A DNA stretch of 64,000 bases from a virus (taxonomy: Duplodnaviria > Caudoviricetes). Location of the stretch: IMG/VR virus record IMGVR_UViG_3300037067_013379, positions 13,497 to 77,496 of that record; one strand, written 5' to 3'. The notes under the pieces were generated by a model. That model ran no database searches, had not been told where the DNA came from, and saw nothing but the letters and a program-made list of their open reading frames with translations. A program made the position numbers and the translations under genes. This document shows, in pieces, positions 47,534 to 56,891 of this stretch (position 1 is its first letter; each line of letters begins with the position of its first letter).

Positions 47534-48130
47534 TTAGAAGACCAGGCACCGCATCGTGTCGGACCGGGACCGCTTGACCTCGTACATCGCCACGTCGGCA
47601 TCGTGGATCATCTGGTGGAGGTCGATGCCGTCCTCGACCACCCTCGCTCCACACGACACGACGACCGTGATCTCGCCGTCCCGGGTCGGGATCGGGCAGG
47701 CCGCGATGTCCGAGACGATCCGGTTGAGGGTGCCCAGGACGTCCCAGCCGGACGGAATGAGGAGAAGGAACTCGTCGCCCCCGTACCGAACGCCGTAGCA
47801 CCCGGACGCGATCAGGACGGACGCGACGTGGGTGATCACCCGGTTGCCGGTCTTGTGCCCGTAGGTGTCGTTGATCCGCTTCAGGAAGTCGACGTCGAGG
47901 AACGCCACGGCCCCGACCATCGCGGTCGGCTGGCGAAGGCCAGACCAGAACTCTCTGAGCCAGCGCAAGTTGTGCAGGCCGGTCAGTTCGTCGATGTCGC
48001 GGCATCGCAGTTCCTGGTGCAATTCGTCGATCGTCTTCTCAAGGGAGTCGATCACGGTGTCACGGCGGGCGAGGTCGGCTCGTAGCGCGTCGATGGTGAC
48101 CTGGAGTCTGGTGATGTCGTTGGTGGTCAT
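47534..48130 (-). CDS. GGDEF diguanylate cyclase with an N-terminal coiled coil
   Basis: DELTGLHN, FLDVDFLKRINDTYGH..G, RYGGDEF and ADVAMYEVK. Confidence 0.93.
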   Translation of the reverse strand: MTTNDITRLQVTIDALRADLARRDTVIDSLEKTIDELHQELRCRDIDELTGLHNLRWLREFWSGLRQPTAMVGAVAFLDVDFLKRINDTYGHKTGNRVITHVASVLIASGCYGVRYGGDEFLLLIPSGWDVLGTLNRIVSDIAACPIPTRDGEITVVVSCGARVVEDGIDLHQMIHDADVAMYEVKRSRSDTMRCLVF

Positions 48131-48241
48131 CGGTACCTCCGTGGGGGGACTTGGCTGGTCCTAAAATGCGAACCCTTGAGTTGCGCGTTTCGAGACTATC
48201 AACTAAACTCGGGGTCACACAACAGCGACCGGGGAGTGAAA

Positions 48242-48694
48242 ATGAGCGAGATCTGGGACGTCGAGATGGGGTACGTGACCAACCGACGCGGAGCGCGCCT
48301 GCACCTCGTCATCGCTGGTGGAAGGTCCTATTGCAAGTCCTGGTCTGGCGTGGTCATCCGATCCCGCAAGGCCCAGGGAAGCGACGCCCCGAACGTCTGC
48401 AAGAAGTGCCGCGAGGCGCTGCGCACCACGCTCGTCAACGTCCTCAACATCCGGACCCGTCGGGCCGCCCCCGGATACGACCTCCACGGCGTACCCGGCA
48501 ACCTGTCGATCATCGCCGGGTGCGAGGAACTCATCGAGGGCATGATGACCCCGGCCGAGCGCGCCGAGCGGGACGAGATGCTGGACACCATCCAGCGGAA
48601 CCTGCGCGCCTCGTACGAGGCCGCGATCGCCCCGAAACCGATCCGCCCCATGGCAACCTCCCCGGAGAGTGACGACCAGCTAACGCTTTTCTAA
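48242..48694 (+). CDS. Hypothetical protein (H/C..CxxC)
   Basis: GGGGAG RBS; divergent from the GGDEF gene. Confidence 0.65.
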   Translation: MSEIWDVEMGYVTNRRGARLHLVIAGGRSYCKSWSGVVIRSRKAQGSDAPNVCKKCREALRTTLVNVLNIRTRRAAPGYDLHGVPGNLSIIAGCEELIEGMMTPAERAERDEMLDTIQRNLRASYEAAIAPKPIRPMATSPESDDQLTLF

Positions 48695-48810
48695 CGAGGT
48701 TGGTCAACCACCCGAACCGGTACGTCCGGCCGGAACGCGCGACCGGACGTACAAGCGAAACCGTGTAGAGTCCATTTCCGCAGCACACACGAACCAGAGA
48801 GGTACCACCC

Positions 48811-49197
48811 ATGTTTGACGTCCGAACCCTCGACGACACCGCGATCATGGCGATCGCCAACGACCCCGACACTGTCCGCCGGATACTCGGCGCGGTTGAC
48901 CTGTTGACCATGGAGGGGGTTGGGGACCGGGTCGGTATCTCCTACTACCGGGTCAAGATCCTGCGCGGGAAGCGCGTTCGCCTCGAATCGGAGGGTGCCG
49001 GGGACGAGACCATGCCGCGCTCCGACGCGCTACCACCGTCCCTGCCATTGCCGGGCGACCCGGTGTGGCACCCGATGGAGATCGAGACGTGGGGGCGACA
49101 GACGGGCCGGCTCGATCAGGAGGGAAACCCACAGCGAGCCCGGCCGACCGGTCGTCCGAGACGGCAGCGAGCGCGGACGACGACGAAGGCCGCGTAG
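48811..49197 (+). CDS. AlpA/excisionase-like regulator
   Basis: LLTMEGVGDRVGIS...LPP...PVWHPMEIETW pattern. Confidence 0.55.
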   Translation: MFDVRTLDDTAIMAIANDPDTVRRILGAVDLLTMEGVGDRVGISYYRVKILRGKRVRLESEGAGDETMPRSDALPPSLPLPGDPVWHPMEIETWGRQTGRLDQEGNPQRARPTGRPRRQRARTTTKAA

Positions 49198-49400
49198 CAC
49201 GCGGGAATACGAACGGCCCCCGGTTCGCCAGCCGGGGCCGTTCGCACGCAAGGACCAGCCAAGTTCCCGCGTCACCACCAGCATAGATGACGACGTCGAT
49301 CTATGCGGTTCGCGAGGGATGAGTGAACCGCGAGGGATGTCCACCGACCCGTGACGGGTTATCCACAGGCCAGCGTCGTACGCACGAATCGGACAAAGCA

Positions 49401-49589
49401 CGTTTCCGCAGGTCGCACCATCGACGGATTTTCAGGGCATGGTAAATCCGTCAACGGGCGTGACCTGCGGAAAGGGGGTGTTTCCGCAGGTCGCACCATC
49501 GACGGCTGGTTAGGGCCTAACCAGCCGTCGTTAAAAGAAGAAGTACCTCTTTTAAGAAGTACCAAGAAGAAAAACCCCCCTACCCCCCG
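49401..49589 (+). repeat. Intergenic inverted copy of the rep-internal origin-like region, with a 31-bp palindrome
   Basis: Matches the reverse complement of 17718-17860. TTTCCGCAGGTCGCACCATCGACGG occurs twice. CGACGGCTGGTTAGG-G-CCTAACCAGCCGTCG lies at 49500-49530. Confidence 0.9.
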
Positions 49590-49730
49590 TGATCCGTAAC
49601 GGTTCCGGCGCGTCGTGGTCGGGGCCGTGTCGTTGGGGGGGGGATATCTCGAAACACAAAACCTAGAGTTGTGCATTTCTAGCCCAACACCTATGCTGTG
49701 AGGTGCGACCAGCCAAGGGAGGGCAACGAC

Positions 49731-50138
49731 ATGACGATCACACTTCCCCTCGGAGCGCGCCTCGCAGCCGAGCGCGCGTACAACGACCTGCCACGCGAAC
49801 ACCGGCGCGACCCCGGCCGGGTGGCCGAGGCGCTCCTCACAGCGGCGGTTCCGTTCATGGCACCAGCCGTGGCGCAGTTGGGCCGGGGACGGATCACCCC
49901 AGACGGCGCTGCCGACATCCTTCGCTACTGGCTCTCCGGCCAGACCACGGCCGCGCTCGCCGACCGATTCGCCGTGACACCACAGACGATCAACAAGTAC
50001 GTCCAGCGTGGCCTGCTCCGCACCCGGAAACGCCTCGCCGCTGGTACCCCGATCGGGACGATCGCGGCCGAGAACCAGGTCACCCCGACCGCGCTCCGCG
50101 CCGTGCTCGACAACGAGGAGGCCCGCCGTGCCGCGTGA
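49731..50138 (+). CDS. Protein with two HTH-like motifs
   Basis: TTAALADRFAVTPQTINKY and IGTIAAENQVTPTALR. Confidence 0.65.
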   Translation: MTITLPLGARLAAERAYNDLPREHRRDPGRVAEALLTAAVPFMAPAVAQLGRGRITPDGAADILRYWLSGQTTAALADRFAVTPQTINKYVQRGLLRTRKRLAAGTPIGTIAAENQVTPTALRAVLDNEEARRAA

Positions 50139-50565
50139 GACCGCCATACCGGCCCTGAAACAGATCAACTGCCAGTGCGGGTCGATGGTGACCCTCGTCC
50201 CGTTCTCGGGCGACCACACCGTGATGATCCCGGTGGACGTCGATCGTGATCCGGACGGTGGGCTCGTCGTCGTTGGGAGCAAGGCGGGGTACACGATCCG
50301 GCCGGTCGCCGAGGGTGAGGAGCCGGAGGGGCGGTTCCGTCGCCGGGCGCACTGGGACACCTGCCCGCATATCTCCCGGTGGCGGGACGCGATGCGAGCG
50401 GCCGGGGTGGTCGGGCACGCCCCGACGAGTGATCCGATGAGGGCCGGGCCGTGTGCCCGGTGTCGGGAGCGTCACCCGTGGCACTACGGCGGCCCGGTCG
50501 CGTCGCCGGTGTGTGACCGGTGTCGAGCCAAGGACGGCATGCCCCTGATGGGCGAGTATGACTAA
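50128..50565 (+). CDS. Cys/His-rich hypothetical protein
   Basis: CxC, HWDTCP and CxxC..CxxC; overlaps the upstream gene. Confidence 0.6.
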   Translation: MPRETAIPALKQINCQCGSMVTLVPFSGDHTVMIPVDVDRDPDGGLVVVGSKAGYTIRPVAEGEEPEGRFRRRAHWDTCPHISRWRDAMRAAGVVGHAPTSDPMRAGPCARCRERHPWHYGGPVASPVCDRCRAKDGMPLMGEYD

Positions 50566-50615
50566 CCCTGTGGTATCGTATATCCAAGCAACACGCGAAA
50601 CGCTAAGGAGACACT

Positions 50616-51295
50616 GTGAACGACCACACCGAGCCCCTGGTCACCCTCGCCCTCGGCGACCCGGCGATCGTCCCCCCGACATTCGCCGACGTCATCGACA
50701 CGATCATCGCGATCGACCCCGGGCTGAGCCTCGACGGACACACGACCACCATCGACCGAATCGTTGACGAACTCAACGACACCCAGATGGACGTCGTCAA
50801 GACCATCGCGGCCCTCATCACCCTCCGACAGGCCGCGACCAGCCACCAGACGTTCACCGAGTGGCTCGCCACCACGCCGGCCCGTAGGATCTCCCACTCG
50901 CACGTGATCGCACAGATCATGGACGAGAACGAGGACTGGCCCCGGGACGCCCGTAGCTACGGGGAGTATCGGGACTACATCGCCGAGAACCACCCCGGGG
51001 CCTCCCATGTCCTCGACCACGCCTGGGACCACTACCGGGCGATGGCCCTCGCCCCGTACGGCGACGCGGAGACGGTTCGAACCGAAACCCAGTACGCGGC
51101 TCGGATCTCCTGGGACACCGGATACGACGAGATCCACCCGAAGACGGCCGACGGTACGAGGCGGAACAGCACGCCCAGCGCTACAACGAGGACGTCACGA
51201 TGTCGGCACGTCGCGGACGCCCGGAACTTGGGGAGTCCGCGTCCGCGTCGGTGGTCCGGCGCACCGTGGTCTACGGGCCGTGGTACGCGGTCTGA
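50616..51295 (+). pseudogene. Hypothetical protein with a YozE-like segment and an apparent 1-bp frameshift near 51152
   Basis: The C-terminus reads protein-like (YEAEQHAQRY...VVRRTVVYGPWYAV*) only in a shifted frame. Confidence 0.5.
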
Positions 51296-51396
51296 CCGAT
51301 CCGATCAACGCCAGCGGCCGGGGTTACCCCCGGCCGTTTGGTGTGTCGGGGGTACTGCGGGTTGACCACCCCGCAGGCGAAGTTGACCATAACGGT

Positions 51397-51681
51397 GTGT
51401 TGCGTAACTTCTACGAGCCGGCCGACGAGTGGACGGACGACGAGCCGGCCGACGAGCCGGAGCCGGAGCGACCACAGCGGCCGGGGCAACGGCGTCCCCG
51501 GCGAGGGTCCCGGCCGACCACGCCGGCCCCGGTCGCTACCCACCGGTTCGCGCTCGACCCGGAGGTGCCCGGGGTGTGTAAGGCCTGTTGGTGCCCGAAG
51601 GCGAACCGTCGGCACGATGACGGCCCGGTCCTGGTGTCGGATGATTCCACGATGCGGGGGTTCACCCCGGACGACACGTAA
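51397..51681 (+). CDS. Small protein with a C-terminal H..CxxC..H motif
   Basis: HRF..CKACWCPKANRRH; the start is uncertain. Confidence 0.45.
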   Translation: MLRNFYEPADEWTDDEPADEPEPERPQRPGQRRPRRGSRPTTPAPVATHRFALDPEVPGVCKACWCPKANRRHDDGPVLVSDDSTMRGFTPDDT

Positions 51682-51746
51682 ATGGTCGACCCCATGTACC
51701 GCATTTTCCCGGGAAATGCTACACTACGTGTGCAGGAAGGAGTGAG

Positions 51747-52151
51747 ATGGTCGACCAAGAAGCGACCACAGACGACCCCATGACAACGGAAGCGCCAACG
51801 GCGGTCGGAACCGCGCCGGTCCCGACCACAACCCCAAACCCCGACCCGGAACCACCCCAGGCCCCGGTACCCCCGCCCCCCATCACGGCCCCCGTCGACG
51901 AGGTACTCCGCTGGCTCGCGAACGTCGCGACCATGGCGGGATCCCCGGACGGAATCGACGTCTCGACCACCACCCGGCAGATCGACATCGCCACCCCGAA
52001 CCAGCACCTGTTCACCCGCTGGCAGGCGATCATCGGTGCCGTGGCGCAGCCGACCCGGCACGATGCCCTCGGGGCGACCATCGGTGCCGTGACCGTCTAC
52101 CCCGGCCTGTGGTCCGTCTCGATCCACGCGCACGTGAGGACGACACAATGA
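51747..52151 (+). CDS. Hypothetical protein
   Basis: AAGGAG RBS. Confidence 0.65.
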   Translation: MVDQEATTDDPMTTEAPTAVGTAPVPTTTPNPDPEPPQAPVPPPPITAPVDEVLRWLANVATMAGSPDGIDVSTTTRQIDIATPNQHLFTRWQAIIGAVAQPTRHDALGATIGAVTVYPGLWSVSIHAHVRTTQ

Positions 52152-52531
52152 TGATCACCATGTGGGTTGATGGGCAGGACTATGAGGTTCCGGCCGACCA
52201 GGTGATCCCGTGGGTCTGCGGTATCCACGGCACCCTCGAAAGCGTTGACCTCGGCATGGACCGTCCGATCACCGTCGACGTCGACCCGGCCGCGTCGGAC
52301 CGTCCGGGAACCACGTACATCATCGAGATCGATGGGGTTCGTCACGAACTCGCCGAGTCCTGGGTGCTGCCCTGGATGCGGGGTCTCGCGATCCGCCACG
52401 GGATCGCCGACCGGTCCGTGTGCGACCCGAGCGCGGCCGAGCGCGCGCAGCGCGTCCAGGCGCTCATGGTCGGGCACCAGTTCGGCCTGTTCAGTTACAC
52501 CGGTTTCACGCACAAGAAGGAGACGTCATGA
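52148..52531 (+). CDS. Hypothetical protein with an internal domain repeat
   Basis: VDGQDYEVPADQVIPWVCG is echoed by IDGVRHELAESWVLPWMRG; ATGA overlaps. Confidence 0.65.
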   Translation: MMITMWVDGQDYEVPADQVIPWVCGIHGTLESVDLGMDRPITVDVDPAASDRPGTTYIIEIDGVRHELAESWVLPWMRGLAIRHGIADRSVCDPSAAERAQRVQALMVGHQFGLFSYTGFTHKKETS

Positions 52532-52794
52532 GCCAGACAGCGACCCATCGACCCGAGACGATTACGCGCATGGATGAATCAAACCAGCACGACGACGGCG
52601 AAGACCTCACGTGGAGTCGGTTCTGGCTCGGCATCGGGTGCGTGCTCGCCTTCGTGATCTCGTCGATCCTGCTCGTCATCGCGATCGGTGGCGCGCACGC
52701 CGGGGCCGACTACGGCCTCCTGATCCTGATCGTGACCCTGTTCGCCGGAATCGTCGACGGGATCGTTCTCGCCCGTCGACGTCGGAACCGTTAG
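52528..52794 (+). CDS. Two-TM membrane protein
   Basis: AAGGAG RBS; two hydrophobic helices and an Arg-rich tail. Confidence 0.65.
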   Translation: MSQTATHRPETITRMDESNQHDDGEDLTWSRFWLGIGCVLAFVISSILLVIAIGGAHAGADYGLLILIVTLFAGIVDGIVLARRRRNR

Positions 52795-52804
52795 GAGACG
52801 CGCC

Positions 52805-53014
52805 GTGAAGACACTCACCAAGATTGACGTCAATGTTGACCTCGTCCGCGACGACCGGCAGGCCCCATCGTTCCTGTCCATGATGATCAAGATGGTTGGG
52901 ACGGTCTGGATGTCCTCGTTCCTCGTCGGGATGACCGGGGACGTGTGGCTCGCCGCCGTGATCCTGGTGGGCTACCCGGCCGCGTGGTCGGTCGCGTGGC
53001 TCATCTCGAAGTAG
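52805..53014 (+). CDS. Small membrane protein
   Basis: AGGAG RBS; hydrophobic C-terminal half. Confidence 0.6.
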   Translation: MKTLTKIDVNVDLVRDDRQAPSFLSMMIKMVGTVWMSSFLVGMTGDVWLAAVILVGYPAAWSVAWLISK

Positions 53015-53116
53015 CCCCAACGAGGGGAGTCCTCAATTGGGAAATCAGAAACTTAGGGTGTATGATTGGGTGGTCGCCGACGCAGGGCGACCACCCAATC
53101 ATCGTTTGGAGCGCAC

Positions 53117-54157
53117 ATGACTCACCCAGCCACCCCGATGATCCACCCGAACCGCCTCCTCCTCCCCTACGACGGCCCCCGAAACATCGCCGACCAGATG
53201 CAACTCGCCGCGCTCCTGTCCAAGGCCGAGGTCGGCCTCCCCCCCGCCTTCCGCAACGACTCCGGCGGAGTCCTCGCCCTCATGTACCGCGCGATGTCCC
53301 TCGACATCCCCCTCATGGTCGCGGCGGACAACCTCGTCTTCGACCACCGGGGTAACTGCGCCATGCGAGCCAGGTTGATGAAGGCCCTCGTCACCGTCCG
53401 AGCCGGTCACCGACTGGTCCCAGTCGAAACCACCGACAAGCGCGCCGTGGTCCGCCTCGAATACTCCGACGGACGAGACCCGTTCATCGCCGAGTGGACG
53501 ATCGCCACGGCGGTAGCGGCCGGACTCGTCAAGGACAAGTCGCCGTGGGTCAACTACGCGGCGAACATGCTGTACTGGCGTGCCATGGCCAAGGCCGTAG
53601 CCCTCGGCTGCCCCGAGGCCACCCTGGGCATAGCTATCGTCGAGGCCCTCGACGACGACGACCCCAACGACGACGACCCCGACACCAGCACCAAACCCGC
53701 CCCGATCCCCGAGGAGATCATCGTCACCGACATGGAGGGCCGACCGGTCCCCGACGGTTCCGTGACCGACATCCTGAACGAGATCGCCGAACCCGAACCC
53801 GGCACCGGCCGACCCCTCGCCCGATCGGAGACCACCATCCAGAACCTCCGCGACGCGTGGGGACGCGCGAACCGGCAACCCGACGACGGAACGACCCGAC
53901 CCCTCAAGCGCTTCGCCTGGGCCAAGGGCGACGACCGATTCACCCTGGAGCACGTCATCGGTGATCTCGTCGAGCAGGTCACGGCCCGTGACAAGGCCAA
54001 GGCCACGGCCGAGGCCGAGGCGGCAGCCACCGAGGCAGCGAAGAACCCCGGGGCGGAGACCATGACGGCCCCGGCCGGAGTCGGCACCCTCCCCTGCGGC
54101 TGCGACGCGGCCAGCGTCGCCATCACCGGCGCGCACCTCGAAGGGTGCGCCAGGTGA
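53117..54157 (+). CDS. RecT-like single-strand annealing protein
   Basis: LP.AFRND...EWTI..A..AGL..K.PW..Y...ML..RA motif. Confidence 0.7.
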   Translation: MTHPATPMIHPNRLLLPYDGPRNIADQMQLAALLSKAEVGLPPAFRNDSGGVLALMYRAMSLDIPLMVAADNLVFDHRGNCAMRARLMKALVTVRAGHRLVPVETTDKRAVVRLEYSDGRDPFIAEWTIATAVAAGLVKDKSPWVNYAANMLYWRAMAKAVALGCPEATLGIAIVEALDDDDPNDDDPDTSTKPAPIPEEIIVTDMEGRPVPDGSVTDILNEIAEPEPGTGRPLARSETTIQNLRDAWGRANRQPDDGTTRPLKRFAWAKGDDRFTLEHVIGDLVEQVTARDKAKATAEAEAAATEAAKNPGAETMTAPAGVGTLPCGCDAASVAITGAHLEGCAR

Positions 54158-55233
54158 CCAACCTCGCCCGGCTCAACCTCGACGGGGTCCTCGACCCCGC
54201 CGAGGTCGCCGGGATCGTCCAGGCCGCCGTGGGGCGGGCCTTCTCCGCCGAGTCCGCGACCCGGCAACGCGACCCACACCACCTCGGCATCTCCGCCCTC
54301 TCCGGCTGCACCCGATTCGCCGCGTACGCGGTAGCCGGAACCCCGGCAAGCGACCAGATCGACGCGGGGGAGGGCCGAGCGGCGAACCTCGGCACCTGGG
54401 AACACAACGGTCTGCTACCCCGCCTCGCCGACGAGTTCACGGAAGGCGCCATCGAGACCAACGTGACCCTCAAGGCTGCCGGGCTCAACATCCCCGGACA
54501 CATCGACCTCGACGTTCCGTTCATGGTCCTCGACCTCAAGACCGTCGGCGAGTGGCGGTTGCAGGCCGTACGCCAATCCGGGGCGTTCTACGACCACGTG
54601 ATGCAGGTCGCGTCCTACGCCGTGGCGAAGTTGCAAGCTGGCCAGCCCCCCCGCTGGCTGGTGATCCTCTACCTCGACCGGGCGAATGGCGACGAACAGG
54701 CGTTCGTGATCCCCTTCACGAACGAGCACGTCATGATGGTCATCGATCGGGTTGCCGAGATCCGCCGGTGGGCGGAGGGCGACCCGGACGACGCGCCACG
54801 CCGGGACGCGTCCGGGGTCGCCATGTCCGGCCCCGGCTACTCGTTCAAGTGCAACGAGTGCCCGTGGCTTCGCCGCTGCTGGGGACCGGACGCCCAACCC
54901 GGACAGCGCTACCGCCACGACCACGACGACGCGGAGGTCGAGGCGCTCCTGTTGGAATACATCGAGGTCAACGCGGTCGAGGGACCGGCGAAACGTCGGA
55001 AGGCCGAGATCGCCGAGATGCTCGAAACCGCGAAGTACGGCACGTACGGGGCGGCCCGATACCACCGGTCGCCAGACACGATCGTCGACGACCCACACGC
55101 CGCGTTGAAGATCCTCAAGACGTTGGGGTACGACGTGCCGCAGCGCCCGAAGCGCGGGACGCTGTCGATCCGACTCAACACCACCACGACCGCCAAGAAA
55201 CGCAAACCACGGAAGAAGGAAGACCCGAAATGA
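54154..55233 (+). CDS. Cas4/RecB-like PD-(D/E)xK exonuclease
   Basis: ISALSGC, LGT..H, GHID..LDLKT, Q...Y and CNECPW..RC; paired with the RecT-like gene. Confidence 0.8.
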   Translation: MTNLARLNLDGVLDPAEVAGIVQAAVGRAFSAESATRQRDPHHLGISALSGCTRFAAYAVAGTPASDQIDAGEGRAANLGTWEHNGLLPRLADEFTEGAIETNVTLKAAGLNIPGHIDLDVPFMVLDLKTVGEWRLQAVRQSGAFYDHVMQVASYAVAKLQAGQPPRWLVILYLDRANGDEQAFVIPFTNEHVMMVIDRVAEIRRWAEGDPDDAPRRDASGVAMSGPGYSFKCNECPWLRRCWGPDAQPGQRYRHDHDDAEVEALLLEYIEVNAVEGPAKRRKAEIAEMLETAKYGTYGAARYHRSPDTIVDDPHAALKILKTLGYDVPQRPKRGTLSIRLNTTTTAKKRKPRKKEDPK

Positions 55234-55589
55234 CCACCATGACCAGCTACCGGAACACGCCCCCGGACACGATCGGCGCGTTCATCCCGGCGAACCGAAC
55301 CCCCAGGATCAGCGACCTCGTCCCCGGTGCCGTGATCTTCCGGTGGGCGACCCCCCGCACCCTCATCCTGGTGTCCGAACTCCCCTGCCACTCCGACCAG
55401 ATGGCCAGTGTCACCTTCGATCCGGCCAACCGGAACGTCGAGGTCGACCAGCCGGTTGTGTGCCGACGGTGCTTCGCCACCTACGCCGCTACCCCGGTCC
55501 CGGCCGCGTCCGACGACGACCACCCGAAGATCGTGTACCGGCACACCGGTCGGGTCACGATGTCGAGGCCGAAGAGGTCTGGCGAGTAG
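55230..55589 (+). CDS. Hypothetical protein
   Basis: ATGA overlap; ends before a hairpin. Confidence 0.6.
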   Translation: MTTMTSYRNTPPDTIGAFIPANRTPRISDLVPGAVIFRWATPRTLILVSELPCHSDQMASVTFDPANRNVEVDQPVVCRRCFATYAATPVPAASDDDHPKIVYRHTGRVTMSRPKRSGE

Positions 55590-55599
55590 CGACACCGAC

Positions 55600-55630
55600 A
55601 ACGGCCCCCGGTGGCGTGCCGGGGGCCGTT
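55600..55630 (+). terminator. CGGCCCCCGG-family hairpin terminator
   Basis: AACGGCCCCCGG-N7-CCGGGGGCCGTT. Confidence 0.75.
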
Positions 55631-55740
55631 GTCGTGTAGACGACACCCCTATCTCGTCGCTCTATGTATTTTTACGTATTTCCATCTGTGATCTTGGCGG
55701 ATAGTGGTGTTACCAGCGAAAACACCACCAGGGGGAAGCA

Positions 55741-56142
55741 ATGGAAGCACGTTTCGCGGCCCTGTTCGCGATGCTCTACGTAGCCCACACGATCGCCGAC
55801 TACTGGATTCAGACCGATTGGCAGGCCACGACGAAGGGCGCGGTCGGCTGGGTCGGCCGGGTCGCCTGTGTGGCGCACGTCGCCACGTACACCATGGCCC
55901 TCACGGTCGTCACCATGGGGGTCTCCTACCGCCTCGATATGGACCTGTCGCCGGTCCAGGTGGCCGTGGCGCTGGCCGTGTCGGCGATTACGCACTACCT
56001 CGCGGACCGGCGTACCCCGCTCCGTCGTCTCGCCGTGGCGTGCCGGCATTCCGGCGCGTGGTTGGACGGTGAGGGGCTCGCCCTGGTCGACCAGGCGTGG
56101 CACGTGGGGTGGTTGGGGGTCGCGGCCCTCATCATGACCTAA
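55741..56142 (+). CDS. DUF3307-like membrane protein
   Basis: H..ADYW.Q, H..TY, THY..DRR and DQAWH. Confidence 0.8.
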   Translation: MEARFAALFAMLYVAHTIADYWIQTDWQATTKGAVGWVGRVACVAHVATYTMALTVVTMGVSYRLDMDLSPVQVAVALAVSAITHYLADRRTPLRRLAVACRHSGAWLDGEGLALVDQAWHVGWLGVAALIMT

Positions 56143-56232
56143 CCTATGTCGTATCCCCCTACCGTACGGGTTGACAACCTATGGCGCACATGGGACGGTA
56201 GGGGCAGTCAACACACACGGAAGGACAAAAAC

Positions 56233-56730
56233 GTGACAACCCTCCCGATCCGCCTCGGACTCGCCCAGGTCTCCCTCGTCGGCACCCACTACGGCAAGAC
56301 CGGGACCCGATGGACCCTCGGCCCCACCTGGTACGACGACCACCAGCACGACGAGGACATCCTGCCGTACTACGACGACGGCAACCGCGACCTCGAACTC
56401 TCGTCCGGAACCGCCCCCGAACCGGTCCGGAACTGGGCGACCCAGATGATCGCCAAGACCACGAACTACCGCGTCGTCGGCTGGAACGGCACCGTCCCGG
56501 CCCTCGAACAGGAGAACCACGGCTTGGAGTTCTGGACCATGGCCGGTGTTCGCGCGTCCTACGCGGTTGATGGCATGAACGTGCCATGGATCCTCGGCCG
56601 GCTCGGCGACCCCGACGACGTCATCGTGATACCCCGCCCGGAACTCCCCAACACCACGACCCACATCCCCGTACGCGCGATCGCGACGATCAATCACACG
56701 ATCCACCGGGTCAAGGTCACGAACGCCTGA
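56233..56730 (+). CDS. Hypothetical protein
   Basis: AAGGA RBS; a hairpin at 56744-56772 follows. Confidence 0.65.
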   Translation: MTTLPIRLGLAQVSLVGTHYGKTGTRWTLGPTWYDDHQHDEDILPYYDDGNRDLELSSGTAPEPVRNWATQMIAKTTNYRVVGWNGTVPALEQENHGLEFWTMAGVRASYAVDGMNVPWILGRLGDPDDVIVIPRPELPNTTTHIPVRAIATINHTIHRVKVTNA

Positions 56731-56891
56731 CCACCCCGACCACGCGGCCCCCGGTGGTATGCCGGGGGCCGCGTCATGTCCGAATTGCCCTCCCCGCGTC
56801 GGTGCCACACCAACCGCGAGATCGACGGATGGTGACATAATCGGGGGGCGGGGAACGGTGCCTGTGGGCTACCGTACGAAGGTCATCATCG

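Noticed and set aside
49500-49530. Palindrome as a protelomerase (telRL) site of a linear plasmid prophage
   Set aside because: No protelomerase gene is recognisable and the only tyrosine-recombinase homolog lacks its catalytic Tyr; kept only as a remote alternative.
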